Shown piece by piece: positions 8,987-16,918 of a DNA stretch of 44,710 nt (position 1 is the first letter of the stretch; each line of letters opens with the position of its first letter). The notes beneath the pieces were generated by a model. That model was not told the origin of the DNA. It saw nothing but the letters and a program-made list of their open reading frames with translations, and searched no databases. The position numbers and the translations under genes were made by a program. This DNA is from a virus, in the IMG/VR virus record IMGVR_UViG_3300037419_000655, positions 1-44,710 of that record; one strand, written 5' to 3'.

Positions 8987-9016
8987 CACCCTATTTCCAC
9001 CCTATTACCACCCTAT
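8987..9016. repeat. Three tandem CACCCTAT repeats with 11-bp phasing (8987, 8998, 9009), candidate Int arm-type sites
   Basis: gCACCCTATttcCACCCTATtacCACCCTATcg. The last copy overlaps the integrase stop codon. Confidence 0.55.
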
Positions 9017-10113
9017 CGCGGCAGCAAAATGCCGACCGCGACCTCCTGCCACGGGGCTTCGTGCCCCTCCAGATAGACCTCGGTCATGGCGGCGCTGCTG
9101 TGCCCCATAAGCGCCTGGACCTGTTCCAGCGTCCACCCGGCATCCTTGAGCAGCGCGCCGCCGAGGCTACGTACCTCATGAAACGTGGGCGGGTTGTCGC
9201 CCTCAATGCCAGCTTCGTCGCGCGCATCGGCGAACGCCCGCGATAGCTGCTCGGGCAGGACTTGCGTGTGATGGCTTCGGTCCTTGGCGCGCATGTGGCT
9301 TGGGCGCGCTTTCCCTGGCAACCGGTGGATCAGGTAGGGCGACAGCACGGAATCACGGCAGCGGGCAATCAGGGCCGCCAGCTCATCGTTCACGGTGATT
9401 TTCAGCCGCACGCCCGTGGACCCTTCGGTCTTGCTCGGGACGACGCACAGCGCCCCGCCACGCTCGTCCGAGAATCGCAGAGACACCACGTCCTCGCGCC
9501 GCAGCAGCGTCAGCAGGGACAGATCCATCGCGTTCTGCACCCATGCGGGCGCTTTGGCGTGGATCGCCTTGTACGTTTCCAGTGTCAGCCGCTCGCGCTG
9601 GCGTTCGTGGGTGAACTTGCGGGTCGCCAAGGCCACGTTGGTGTCGGCCCAGCCTTCCTCCACCGCGCAGGCGAGAATCCAGCCCAGCACGAGCCGGAAC
9701 TGTTGCCGCGCTCGGGGCGATTCGGTGACGCCCCGGATGAAGGTGGCGCAGTCCTTGACGGTCAGCGTCGCGACGGTGCGATCCCCCAGCCCCTTCTCAA
9801 TGCGCTGGATGACGCTTTCATAGACCTCGGCGGTCTTGGGTGCCCACTTGCGGCCCGGCACGTCATCGCGGCGGAACACGGTGATCGCATCCGCCACCGT
9901 CTCCTGTGCGCCCGTCACCCGCTCCACAAGGTCGCCGCTCGTCACCAGCAGGGCATTGAGCTTCTTGGCCGCGGCGAATGCCTTGGCCTTGTCCTGCCCC
10001 ATCCACGTCTCTTTCCGCGTCACCGGATGCCGGTACTTGAACCCGCCCCGGTTGGGGTAGAGGTTGTCCGGCCAGCCGGCGCGGGCTTTGGATCGGGCGC
10101 GTCCCATTGCCAT
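9013..10113 (-). CDS. int: Tyrosine recombinase / phage integrase, 366 aa
   Basis: The lambda-Int-like N-terminus GWPDNLYPNRGGFKYRHP suggests an arm-binding domain. The C-terminus HEVRSLGGALL...LMGHSSAAMTEVYLEGH carries H-x-x-R, the second His and the catalytic Tyr. Adjacent to attP. Confidence 0.95.
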   Translation of the reverse strand: MAMGRARSKARAGWPDNLYPNRGGFKYRHPVTRKETWMGQDKAKAFAAAKKLNALLVTSGDLVERVTGAQETVADAITVFRRDDVPGRKWAPKTAEVYESVIQRIEKGLGDRTVATLTVKDCATFIRGVTESPRARQQFRLVLGWILACAVEEGWADTNVALATRKFTHERQRERLTLETYKAIHAKAPAWVQNAMDLSLLTLLRREDVVSLRFSDERGGALCVVPSKTEGSTGVRLKITVNDELAALIARCRDSVLSPYLIHRLPGKARPSHMRAKDRSHHTQVLPEQLSRAFADARDEAGIEGDNPPTFHEVRSLGGALLKDAGWTLEQVQALMGHSSAAMTEVYLEGHEAPWQEVAVGILLPR

Positions 10114-10116
10114 ACG

Positions 10117-10314
10117 TTAACTCGCTTCCAACACCCGCTTCACCAGCTCATCGTCCTCGGCCAGCCAGGCGTGGACGTCCACGAACCACTGGCCGCCGAC
10201 CTTGCGCCCCGGCACCTTGCCGTCGCGCAGCCAACGCTGCACCGTGATCTCAGCGGGGCGGCTGGCCTCGTCGAAATACTTGTCGACCCAAGCGTCGGCC
10301 TTGAGCAGTCTCAT
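10117..10314 (-). CDS. xis: Excisionase-like DNA-binding protein, 65 aa
   Basis: Small ORF immediately upstream of int. ITVQRWLRDGKVPGRKVGGQWFVDVHAW resembles winged-helix Xis/AlpA-type proteins. Confidence 0.7.
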   Translation of the reverse strand: MRLLKADAWVDKYFDEASRPAEITVQRWLRDGKVPGRKVGGQWFVDVHAWLAEDDELVKRVLEAS

Positions 10315-10345
10315 CCTGCCATCCAGACGTGGGCGTGGTGGGTCA

Positions 10346-10678
10346 TCACCAGTAGTTCGCGGTCAGGTGAATGGAATAGCTGCACTTGTGGCGCTCTGCG
10401 ATGCCGCGCAGCCATTCCTCAAGCTCGTTCTTCACCTGCTCGGCCTCACTCCATGTCACGGTCTCGCCGTAGCCGTAGGTCAGATAGTCGTGCGCGACGA
10501 TGGAGCCTTCGGGCGCGCTGATCTGGTAGCCGTCGTCATAGCTGTCCTTCATGACGAGCAGGCTGTAATTGCGCTGGCCGATCTTTAGGTTGTCGTCGGA
10601 CGTGATGCCGGCCTCGTCCAGAATCGCGCGATAGGTCTTGCGGGCGAGGTCGTCCGGAATCAGGACGCCAAGAATCAT
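10346..10678 (-). CDS. Hypothetical protein, 110 aa
   Basis: Internal ATG (MILGVLIPDD...) of ORF 10346-10954. The upstream part of that ORF is Arg/Pro-rich and overlaps the next gene. Confidence 0.55.
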   Translation of the reverse strand: MILGVLIPDDLARKTYRAILDEAGITSDDNLKIGQRNYSLLVMKDSYDDGYQISAPEGSIVAHDYLTYGYGETVTWSEAEQVKNELEEWLRGIAERHKCSYSIHLTANYW

Positions 10679-10695
10679 TGCGTTCGGGTGTGTGC

Positions 10696-10974
10696 TCACG
10701 TCCTCTCCTTCGCCTCCGGGGTGGGGCGGGTCTTGCGCGGCTTGCGCATGGGCAAGGCCTGCCAGCGGTAGCCGCAGCAGCGGCAGGTGTGGTCGATGTG
10801 GTCGCGGTGCGTGGTGGCGAGGTACGACAACGCGCTTGCGTAGCGGTTTTCGGGTCGCGCGTACTTGTTGGTGTCGAGGTGCCACGTTGAGCCAGCCGCC
10901 CGGAAAACGCGGTAGATGTCGCTGTGTCCGCACTTCTCGCACGGCAGCTCGCAAGGCTTCACTGGTGCGCTCAT
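10696..10974 (-). CDS. Small Cys-rich (zinc-ribbon-like) protein, 92 aa
   Basis: Starts at MSAPVKPCELPCEKCGH and ends with HTCRCCGY, giving two Cys pairs. Lies directly after the stop of the upstream gene. Confidence 0.5.
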   Translation of the reverse strand: MSAPVKPCELPCEKCGHSDIYRVFRAAGSTWHLDTNKYARPENRYASALSYLATTHRDHIDHTCRCCGYRWQALPMRKPRKTRPTPEAKERT

Positions 10975-10975
10975 C

Positions 10976-11272
10976 TCACTCCCCACCAGGCACGGGAACC
11001 AGCGACTCCACCAAATCTTCTGCGCAATCTTCCAGCGAATGCGCACGCCCCTCTAGGAAGGACTGTGTCGTGTCCATCCGCTTCGCTTGGTTCATCCACG
11101 CTGCCGACAGCCCCTTCACCCGTTCCTCCATCCCCCGCAACCGCTCGTAATCGGCGAGTGCGACTAGGGCCTCTTCCAGCTCGGTGGCGCATATCCAAAA
11201 CGCCGCAGACTCTTTTCTGGCCTGCTCGCGCCATTTCGCGGGGAGGTTCCGCAGGCGCTCGATATTTGTCAT
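10976..11272 (-). CDS. Hypothetical protein, 98 aa
   Basis: Start MTNIERLRNLPAKW forms an ATGA overlap (11269-11272) with the upstream gene's stop. Confidence 0.55.
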   Translation of the reverse strand: MTNIERLRNLPAKWREQARKESAAFWICATELEEALVALADYERLRGMEERVKGLSAAWMNQAKRMDTTQSFLEGRAHSLEDCAEDLVESLVPVPGGE

Positions 11273-11541
11273 GGACGGTCCCCAGCGATAGCCTCGGCTT
11301 CCTCTTGCGACAACCCCCAGCCGACGCACTTCAGCGGATCAAGGCCCAATGGCGTTAGATACGACGGCAGCGTGTCCGGCACGTTCGTGCAGTTCCAGAA
11401 CCACCACTGATCGCAGATGGATTGCGGCGTGGCGACTTGGTAGGTGATGCCAAGCTGCCGCATGACGGTTTGCGCGTGGCGCATTTCCCCGTCCAAGTTT
11501 GCGCTGTGCAGGTCATAGCGCAGGTGGATTTTGTCGCTCAT
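11269..11541 (-). CDS. Hypothetical protein, 90 aa
   Basis: Ordinary amino-acid composition (MSDKIHLRYDLHSANLDGEM...), with start and stop coupled to neighbouring genes. Confidence 0.6.
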   Translation of the reverse strand: MSDKIHLRYDLHSANLDGEMRHAQTVMRQLGITYQVATPQSICDQWWFWNCTNVPDTLPSYLTPLGLDPLKCVGWGLSQEEAEAIAGDRP

Positions 11542-12011
11542 GGGCGGCCCTTAAGGGCGGCGTCGATGGCGGCGTCTAGCTGTTCGCCGTCGAGGTACAA
11601 ATACGAGAAGCCATCGCGCGCCCCGTAGTCCTTGCGCTGCCTTACGGCCAGCTCGACAGGCGGGTCGTCGTGCAGGAACCGATACCGTTCCGCATCCCGC
11701 CCATCCCGCTCCCGCTGGGCCGCGAGTTGGGATTCGGCGGCTTTGCAGTCGTGCATCCAATCGGCCGCATCCTCCCGCGCCTCCGCAAGCTGACGCTCCA
11801 AGCTGACGATATAGGCATGGATGGTGGACAGGTCTGCGCGGCAAGCTTGCACGGTCGCCGAATGATCAGGCACGGTCAGCAGGCCGCGTGCCGGATCGAG
11901 CAGCGCATCCATGCGCGTGAAAGCATCGGCAACCTCGGCTACTTCGGCGGGGGTGTCAGTCGGGCCGTTCGTGCCCACCGGGCCGAACCCTTGCAAGTCC
12001 TTAGCGCGCAT
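11538..12011 (-). CDS. Hypothetical coiled-coil protein (Ead/Ea22-like flavour), 157 aa
   Basis: Central heptad-like region and an AERYRFL motif, as seen in early-region phage proteins. ATGA-type coupling at its 3' end. Confidence 0.55.
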   Translation of the reverse strand: MRAKDLQGFGPVGTNGPTDTPAEVAEVADAFTRMDALLDPARGLLTVPDHSATVQACRADLSTIHAYIVSLERQLAEAREDAADWMHDCKAAESQLAAQRERDGRDAERYRFLHDDPPVELAVRQRKDYGARDGFSYLYLDGEQLDAAIDAALKGRP

Positions 12012-12222
12012 TGCCTTCCCCCTGGTCCTGCGCGGCGGCCTGTGCGAATAGCTTTTGGCACGCTCGCGCCTTGCAGCGTGCCGGTTGCGCTACGTCGCGC
12101 GCGATACCGGCGTCTCGCACGTTGAGGTAGCTGCTGCACGCCGCTGTGCCGTCGGGTCGCAGGGCGCGGTAGACGAGCCTCGAAAGCCCCTCTGACAAGA
12201 TGCCTGCACGGATTTCAGCCAC
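12001..12222 (-). CDS. Hypothetical protein, 73 aa (GTG start)
   Basis: ORF in the operon frame, overlapping neighbours by 8-11 nt. Third-codon positions are moderately G/C-rich. Confidence 0.4.
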   Translation of the reverse strand: MAEIRAGILSEGLSRLVYRALRPDGTAACSSYLNVRDAGIARDVAQPARCKARACQKLFAQAAAQDQGEGNAR

Positions 12223-12889
12223 GGCCGCCTCCCTGGTCCTGCGCGGCGCGGATCGCGTTGCATTTCAGACACAACTCGCCGGACTGCACGTAGCGGTTCC
12301 GCGCGTCCACCCATTCGTGCTCGCACACCCCGCTCGGCCCGCTGGCGAGGGCGGCTTCTAGCCATTCACGGATTAGCTTGCGCAGCGTGTTGTCGCCGAA
12401 AATGAAGAAGCAGTCGTACCCGCGCATCGCCTTGAACGCCCGCTCGACCATCGCCTCAGACACCCCCGGCGCGCGCTGCGGGGTGGCTCGCTCCCCCAAT
12501 CCATCGCAGTCGGGGCAGCGCGCTTTCGGATCGGAGAAGGCGTATCCCCCCAGCGTCAGGTCTACTGTCCCGACGCCACCGCAGGTTTCGCACTCATCGG
12601 CCTCCCCGCCCTGCACCTGCGGGCTGGCAACGTCGTGTGTGTCGCAAAGGCCGGGGTTCCACTTGCAGTCCTCACACCCCTCCGGCGCGGCCTGCGGGCT
12701 GGCGGTGAGGGCGGCAGCAGCAGCGTTCGCGGCTTGCTGGATAAGCTCGATGTAGGACGGGCCACCTTCCTCTGCCGGCTCATCCCACTGCACGGTGTTG
12801 TGGTAGGCGTCGCCCGCGCTCTCTAGCGCCTGCAAAATAGCGTCGATCAACGGGCTTCCGGTGCCGCTGAAACTCAGGTATCCGCTCAT
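12215..12889 (-). CDS. Protein with DnaJ-type CxxCxGxG zinc-finger repeats, 224 aa
   Basis: CETCGGVG and CPDCDGLG motifs plus extra Cys pairs (CEDC, CLKC). The ATG at 12889 has a GGAGG RBS. An alternative ATG at 12937 makes an ATGA overlap, but that stretch has A/T-rich third positions. Confidence 0.6.
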   Translation of the reverse strand: MSGYLSFSGTGSPLIDAILQALESAGDAYHNTVQWDEPAEEGGPSYIELIQQAANAAAAALTASPQAAPEGCEDCKWNPGLCDTHDVASPQVQGGEADECETCGGVGTVDLTLGGYAFSDPKARCPDCDGLGERATPQRAPGVSEAMVERAFKAMRGYDCFFIFGDNTLRKLIREWLEAALASGPSGVCEHEWVDARNRYVQSGELCLKCNAIRAAQDQGGGRG

Positions 12890-12933
12890 CGGATCGCCTC
12901 CAATACAGCGACGTGGGCCGCCTGGTGGGGTGG

Positions 12934-13221
12934 TCATGGGGTGGCTCCGATGTTGGCGAGGGCTGCCGTCAGGCGCTCATCGGCTTGCTCGTGGCGGATG
13001 AGGCTTGCCGGACTGCCATCATTGGCGAACGCTTGAAGGGCCGCGCGGTATTCCTTGACTGCCGCGACTAGCTCGGCCACGGCCTTTTCCGCTGCGTCAG
13101 ACCGCGCGCGCCATTTCTCAAGCGCCGTTTCATCGAACAGATGAGCCTCGCGCCAGAGTTCCGCTCGATCGGCGTTCGTGCGCATCACGCCAAGCACGTT
13201 CACGGCATCCTTCCCACTCAT
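12934..13221 (-). CDS. Hypothetical helical protein, 95 aa
   Basis: Start MSGKDAVNVLGV forms an ATGA overlap (13218-13221). The upstream part of ORF 12934-13524 is Arg/Gly-rich junk. Confidence 0.55.
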   Translation of the reverse strand: MSGKDAVNVLGVMRTNADRAELWREAHLFDETALEKWRARSDAAEKAVAELVAAVKEYRAALQAFANDGSPASLIRHEQADERLTAALANIGATP

Positions 13222-14054
13222 GGCGACTGCGGCTCCTTGAGGTTGGCGGAGGTGGCGAGGGCGGCGAGTTGCGCTTCTGCGGCGGCCAATTCTTCGCGCC
13301 GCTTGGCAACCGCATCGGCGGCGTTTTTGAGGGCGTGCTGATCCATGCGCTGCGCAAGATCGGCGGGGAACTCGACGCCGTATTTGGCTGCCGACTTCCT
13401 CAGGTCCGTCCACTTCCAAACAAATTCCGTTGTCTGCATCGCCGTTTCGATGCGTGCGCGAATCTCCGCCGCCGCCTGCGCAATGGCCTCGTCCTCTGAC
13501 GTGCAAGGGGCCGCATCGGTCCACCCGCCACTACCGTCGTAGTAGCGGTTCATCCGCCACAGCAGATCGCCATTGCTGCGTCCAAACAGGCACAGCAGGC
13601 GAACGTCACGGTTGCGGCCTTCGGGGTCTATGAACTTGTCTAACGGCACAACCTCGACGGCGCTCCCGTACTCTTGGGTGACGACGAAGTGCGTGATGCG
13701 TTTCTCGACGAAGTCCTCGACGCGCTCTAGCGCCTTAAACTGCGCCAGTTTCTTGAGGCGCGTTGTGTGGGCCACCTCGGCGTCACGCAGCTCACGTTGC
13801 GAGTCCATGATCTGCTGCCGCAATTCACCGGCCCTTGCCTGCAAGGCTTCGACCTCGGCGTGCAGCTTGGCGGTAGGCGGCTCACGACAGACCGTGCCCA
13901 CCACCTCGGGGTTGCCGGCGTGGTCGCCATAGTCGGTCTCGTAGATCGGCGCGATGACGTGTCGCTGATGACCAGCAGGGCTGACGTACTCGGCCTCACG
14001 ACCATCGAGCAGGAACACTCGCTCGCCGGACTGAAATTCCTCATTGCGCTCCAT
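13218..14054 (-). CDS. Hypothetical protein with a central coiled coil, 278 aa
   Basis: Long ORF of normal composition directly downstream of the exonuclease/SSB-like pair. No catalytic motif recognised. Confidence 0.7.
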   Translation of the reverse strand: MERNEEFQSGERVFLLDGREAEYVSPAGHQRHVIAPIYETDYGDHAGNPEVVGTVCREPPTAKLHAEVEALQARAGELRQQIMDSQRELRDAEVAHTTRLKKLAQFKALERVEDFVEKRITHFVVTQEYGSAVEVVPLDKFIDPEGRNRDVRLLCLFGRSNGDLLWRMNRYYDGSGGWTDAAPCTSEDEAIAQAAAEIRARIETAMQTTEFVWKWTDLRKSAAKYGVEFPADLAQRMDQHALKNAADAVAKRREELAAAEAQLAALATSANLKEPQSP

Positions 14055-14063
14055 GTGCGTTCC

Positions 14064-14855
14064 TCAGGCGGCTTGGGTTAGAAGGAAGGCCGGGTTGTAT
14101 TTCTTCAGGCACACCCACAACCGCAGGGCGGCCTCGAACGTCTGCCAGCCTTCGGCGATGTCCTCCTCGCTCCACTTGTGCGAGGCGACCTTGCCCGGAT
14201 GCGTGCGGCTGAAGAACACGTTGGCACAGGGGGCGGCCGGAAGGCCCAGCCCCACCTGGTACGCCGCAAGCTGCCAGTGCTGGTCCCATGCCAGCCTCTT
14301 GGGCTTGCCGTACTTGTCCGTCTCGGTGAAATCGCCGTCTTTGCCTTTGAAATCGACCACGATGCCGGTGGACGGGGAATGCAGGTCCACCTTGCCGCCG
14401 TAGCCCATCGGGTGCGCGAAGCTCGCCTCGCTGACCCAATCGGCCACGCCCGGAAACAGGCGCTCGATCTCCGCGCGGACGCCTTCGACGTGCGGCCGGT
14501 ACTTCGCCGACACCACGCGGCCCTTGAAATGCGATTCGCAGGCGTCGTGGATGCGCGTGCCTTCTTCCGCCGCCGCCCGCGTCTGCGCCTGCGCGTCCTC
14601 GCGGATGCGGGCCAGCAGGGCATCACTCGACTCGCCGACGATCTCCGGCAACGTGCGCGCCGCCAGGATGGCCTGCTCGATCTGCCAGTTCACGAGCTGC
14701 GGTTTGTCGATCACCTTCAGGACAGTCGTCACGCTCGGCACGAGGCCGAGGTGACGATCCCATCGCAGGTTGATCCCGCGCATGCCCCCATCCTTCGTGG
14801 GGACTTCGTAGCAGGGACTTCCGTCCCTGCGGTACCAGTGGCCGGAGTCGTTCAC
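14064..14855 (-). CDS. PD-(D/E)XK exonuclease of the RecB/Cas4-like family, 263 aa
   Basis: Motifs GTRIHDACE, GGKVDLHS, VVDFKGK (D/ExK) and QLAAYQ (QxxxY). GTGA overlap with the upstream gene. Confidence 0.8.
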   Translation of the reverse strand: MNDSGHWYRRDGSPCYEVPTKDGGMRGINLRWDRHLGLVPSVTTVLKVIDKPQLVNWQIEQAILAARTLPEIVGESSDALLARIREDAQAQTRAAAEEGTRIHDACESHFKGRVVSAKYRPHVEGVRAEIERLFPGVADWVSEASFAHPMGYGGKVDLHSPSTGIVVDFKGKDGDFTETDKYGKPKRLAWDQHWQLAAYQVGLGLPAAPCANVFFSRTHPGKVASHKWSEEDIAEGWQTFEAALRLWVCLKKYNPAFLLTQAA

Positions 14856-15481
14856 GCGAACGCCTCGCCGAACGGATCATCGTCCGCAAACTCGGAGGCG
14901 CGCTGTTCGTCCACGTCTTCCTCGCTGGCCGGCTTCAACTGGCCCCGGATCTTCTCCTTGACGAACTCCGGCACCTTGTCGAACTGATCCCTCTTGCCGG
15001 CGTGGTAGATCACCAGTTCGCCGGAAGGAGCGACCGCAGGCATGGACTTCGGCAGCGGGCCGACCGTCGCCACGTTGGCGTAGACCTTCCCGTTGTTGGC
15101 CTTGTTGTGGACGACTGTCAGCGTGGCGCAGCGGCCCACGACCTTCTGCACGTCGAACTTCGCGGCTTGCTCATCGGTCAGGCTTGCGCCGTACCAGCTT
15201 TCCACGGTCGCGCGCAGCACCGCCTTGGCGTTCATGCTCAGGGTGAAGCGTTCGTAGATGACGGCGGGGCCTTCAAACGGCGCGCCTTCCTCGCCCCACT
15301 CGATCTGATCCTGCGGGATCTCGAACTTGAGCATGAGGACGTGCTTCGGCTTGGGGTACATCGCGGAACCAGGCTGCAAGCCGATGTCGTAGAGCGCGGT
15401 GCAGACGGCGAAATACGTGCCCGCAGGAATCGGGCGAAAGTCGCCGGAGCCACCGCCAACAGGTGCATACAAACCAGACAT
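14852..15481 (-). CDS. DUF669-like phage ssDNA-binding protein, 209 aa
   Basis: Starts at MSGLYAPV with a GGAG RBS. DFRPIPAGTYFAVCTAL matches the DUF669 N-terminus, and the acidic C-terminal tail ADDDPFGEAFA resembles the SSB tail. Confidence 0.65.
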   Translation of the reverse strand: MSGLYAPVGGGSGDFRPIPAGTYFAVCTALYDIGLQPGSAMYPKPKHVLMLKFEIPQDQIEWGEEGAPFEGPAVIYERFTLSMNAKAVLRATVESWYGASLTDEQAAKFDVQKVVGRCATLTVVHNKANNGKVYANVATVGPLPKSMPAVAPSGELVIYHAGKRDQFDKVPEFVKEKIRGQLKPASEEDVDEQRASEFADDDPFGEAFA

Positions 15482-15676
15482 TTCATTCACTCCAGAATTG
15501 CCGGAGAACCCGCCCCGGCACGGCCGCACGCCTTCAATTCCGCCGCGTGTGGTGAGCGTTTTCATCCGAAGGCCAGTTCGCATCCGCCATCGCGTCGCGC
15601 GCGTACTGCTCGGCCATGCGGGCTTCTTCGGGGGTGTAGGTGGAGGCGGGCAGGGCGCTACTCCTGCTGTTGCCCG

Positions 15677-15781
15677 TCAGTCGGGCGACTCCTCGGGCGG
15701 TTCCCGCTTGGCCTTCGCGGCCAACCCGAAGCGATCCAGTTGCGCTGGCACCGTGTCTGCTTTCCACGCCGCCGCCTCCAT
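15677..15781 (-). CDS. Possible micro-ORF, 34 aa (MEAAAWKADTVPAQLDRFGLAAKAKREPPEESPD)
   Basis: Found by manual translation. High G/C at third positions, and it lies in an otherwise unassigned 310-nt stretch. Confidence 0.25.
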   Translation of the reverse strand: MEAAAWKADTVPAQLDRFGLAAKAKREPPEESPD

Positions 15782-15790
15782 AGAACGTGT

Positions 15791-15994
15791 TCACGCGGTC
15801 GCCCTCGCGGCCCGCACGCGCCGATCGACCTCGCGCAGCTCCGGCGGCAGGTAGCCCAGCGAGCGATCCGCCGACGTGTCCACGACGCCGCCATAGCGTT
15901 CGACCTGCTCCACAATCTGGCGCTGGCCCAGAACTTGGATCAGCAGCATCAGCGCGCCATACAGCGCGAGGGTCACGATGATTACCGCGAGCAT
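15791..15994 (-). CDS. Small membrane protein, 67 aa
   Basis: Hydrophobic N-terminus MLAVIIVTLALYGALMLLIQVL and a strong AAGGAGA RBS. Confidence 0.5.
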   Translation of the reverse strand: MLAVIIVTLALYGALMLLIQVLGQRQIVEQVERYGGVVDTSADRSLGYLPPELREVDRRVRAARATA

Positions 15995-16086
15995 TTCGGC
16001 GTCTCCTTCGGTTCGGGCTTGCGTTCGGCGAGCGCACGCAGCAGATATTCGTGGAACTCGCGGGAATTGGGGTCGGGCAGGTTCAC
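15982..16086 (-). CDS. Possible micro-ORF, 34 aa (GTG start)
   Basis: GTGA overlap with the stop of the upstream micro-ORF. Reads VNLPDPNSREFHEYLLRALAERKPEPKETPKCSR. Confidence 0.3.
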   Translation of the reverse strand: MNLPDPNSREFHEYLLRALAERKPEPKETPKCSR

Positions 16087-16184
16087 GGGGTTAGCTCCTT
16101 GTCGAATGCCAACAGGCCAATGAAGATCAACGTGCCGCCGATCAGCAGCGCAATGGCGGTCCAAAACGCGCACTGAAACGTCAT
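16083..16184 (-). CDS. Hydrophobic micro-protein, 33 aa
   Basis: MTFQCAFWTAIALLIGGTLIFIGLLAFDKELTP. ATGA overlap at 16181-16184. Confidence 0.45.
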   Translation of the reverse strand: MTFQCAFWTAIALLIGGTLIFIGLLAFDKELTP

Positions 16185-16273
16185 GGCTGCCTCCCGAACA
16201 CGGAGATCGCCAGCAGAATCCAGAAGGCGCTCCAGATGAGGAACAGGCCCAACTCGGCGGCGATGCGTTTCAT
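16181..16273 (-). CDS. Hydrophobic micro-protein, 30 aa
   Basis: MKRIAAELGLFLIWSAFWILLAISVFGRQP. ATGA overlaps at both ends (16270-16273 and 16181-16184). Confidence 0.45.
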   Translation of the reverse strand: MKRIAAELGLFLIWSAFWILLAISVFGRQP

Positions 16274-16491
16274 GCCGCGTCCTCCCCGCGCCAGTACCGC
16301 CGCGCCTCGTCCTCGCATGCCTGCGCCTTGTCGTAGTGCAGGCTGGCCTCCGTGCGGAGGCTCGCGGCGATGGCGTCGCGCAGTCGCGGCGACAGCTTCG
16401 GGTCCTTCTGCGCTTCGTCGGCCATCGCATTCGCGAGGCGCGAATGGCTGCGGAACGTTTCCGCCATCGCGTACAGGTATTCGGTGTTCAT
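16270..16491 (-). CDS. Hypothetical protein, 73 aa
   Basis: Normal composition (MNTEYLYAMAETFRSHSRLANAMADEAQKD...), coupled to its neighbours. Confidence 0.6.
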   Translation of the reverse strand: MNTEYLYAMAETFRSHSRLANAMADEAQKDPKLSPRLRDAIAASLRTEASLHYDKAQACEDEARRYWRGEDAA

Positions 16492-16691
16492 TCCTCACCC
16501 CCGTTGTATTCGTCCCACTGCTGCTGCTGGAACTCGGCCCATGCGTCGGCGTTGGCTTCGGCAAAGGCGGTGAGCAGCCACGGGCCGTTCTCTTTCAGCC
16601 AGTCGCGGCGTTCGGCCGATTCGCGGGCAAGCGCGGCATCGGCGTTCGCTTCGTTGCGATCCAGTACGCGGTCAATGTCGTCGTAGGTCAT
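16488..16691 (-). CDS. Hypothetical acidic protein, 67 aa
   Basis: Start MTYDDIDRVLDRNE forms an ATGA overlap at 16688-16691. Confidence 0.55.
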   Translation of the reverse strand: MTYDDIDRVLDRNEANADAALARESAERRDWLKENGPWLLTAFAEANADAWAEFQQQQWDEYNGGEE

Positions 16692-16918
16692 GGCAGCTCG
16701 ACCCCTTCGGGAAACAGGGCGCGATTCAGCGCGGACCAGAAGTCGTGCCCTTGCGGGGACTCGGCCCAAGTGAACGCGGTCATCAGCTCGTACGCGTCGC
16801 CGCGAAAATGGGGGATCGCGTCGGCGGCGCGTTGCAGCTCGGCTGCGAACCGCTCGCGGTCATGCGACCGAATGCGCATCCCGAGCGTCTGGTAGAGGGT
16901 TGTCTCTTTGACATTCAC
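16688..16918 (-). CDS. Hypothetical protein, 76 aa (GTG start)
   Basis: GTGA overlap with the upstream stop at 16915-16918. Reads VNVKETTLYQTLGMRIRSHDRERF... Confidence 0.5.
   Translation of the reverse strand: MNVKETTLYQTLGMRIRSHDRERFAAELQRAADAIPHFRGDAYELMTAFTWAESPQGHDFWSALNRALFPEGVELP

Noticed and set aside
12890-12937. Upstream ATG at 12937 (ATGA overlap) as the start of the zinc-finger gene
   Set aside because: The extension has A/T-rich third positions, and the internal ATG at 12889 has a GGAGG RBS. It is kept as an alternative only.
15534-16037. 167-aa minus-strand ORF
   Set aside because: It is mostly Arg/Gly/Ala low-complexity and overlaps better-supported micro-ORFs in other frames. 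Only its last about 27 codons (MAEQYARDAMADANW...) look coding, and I could not support a start.
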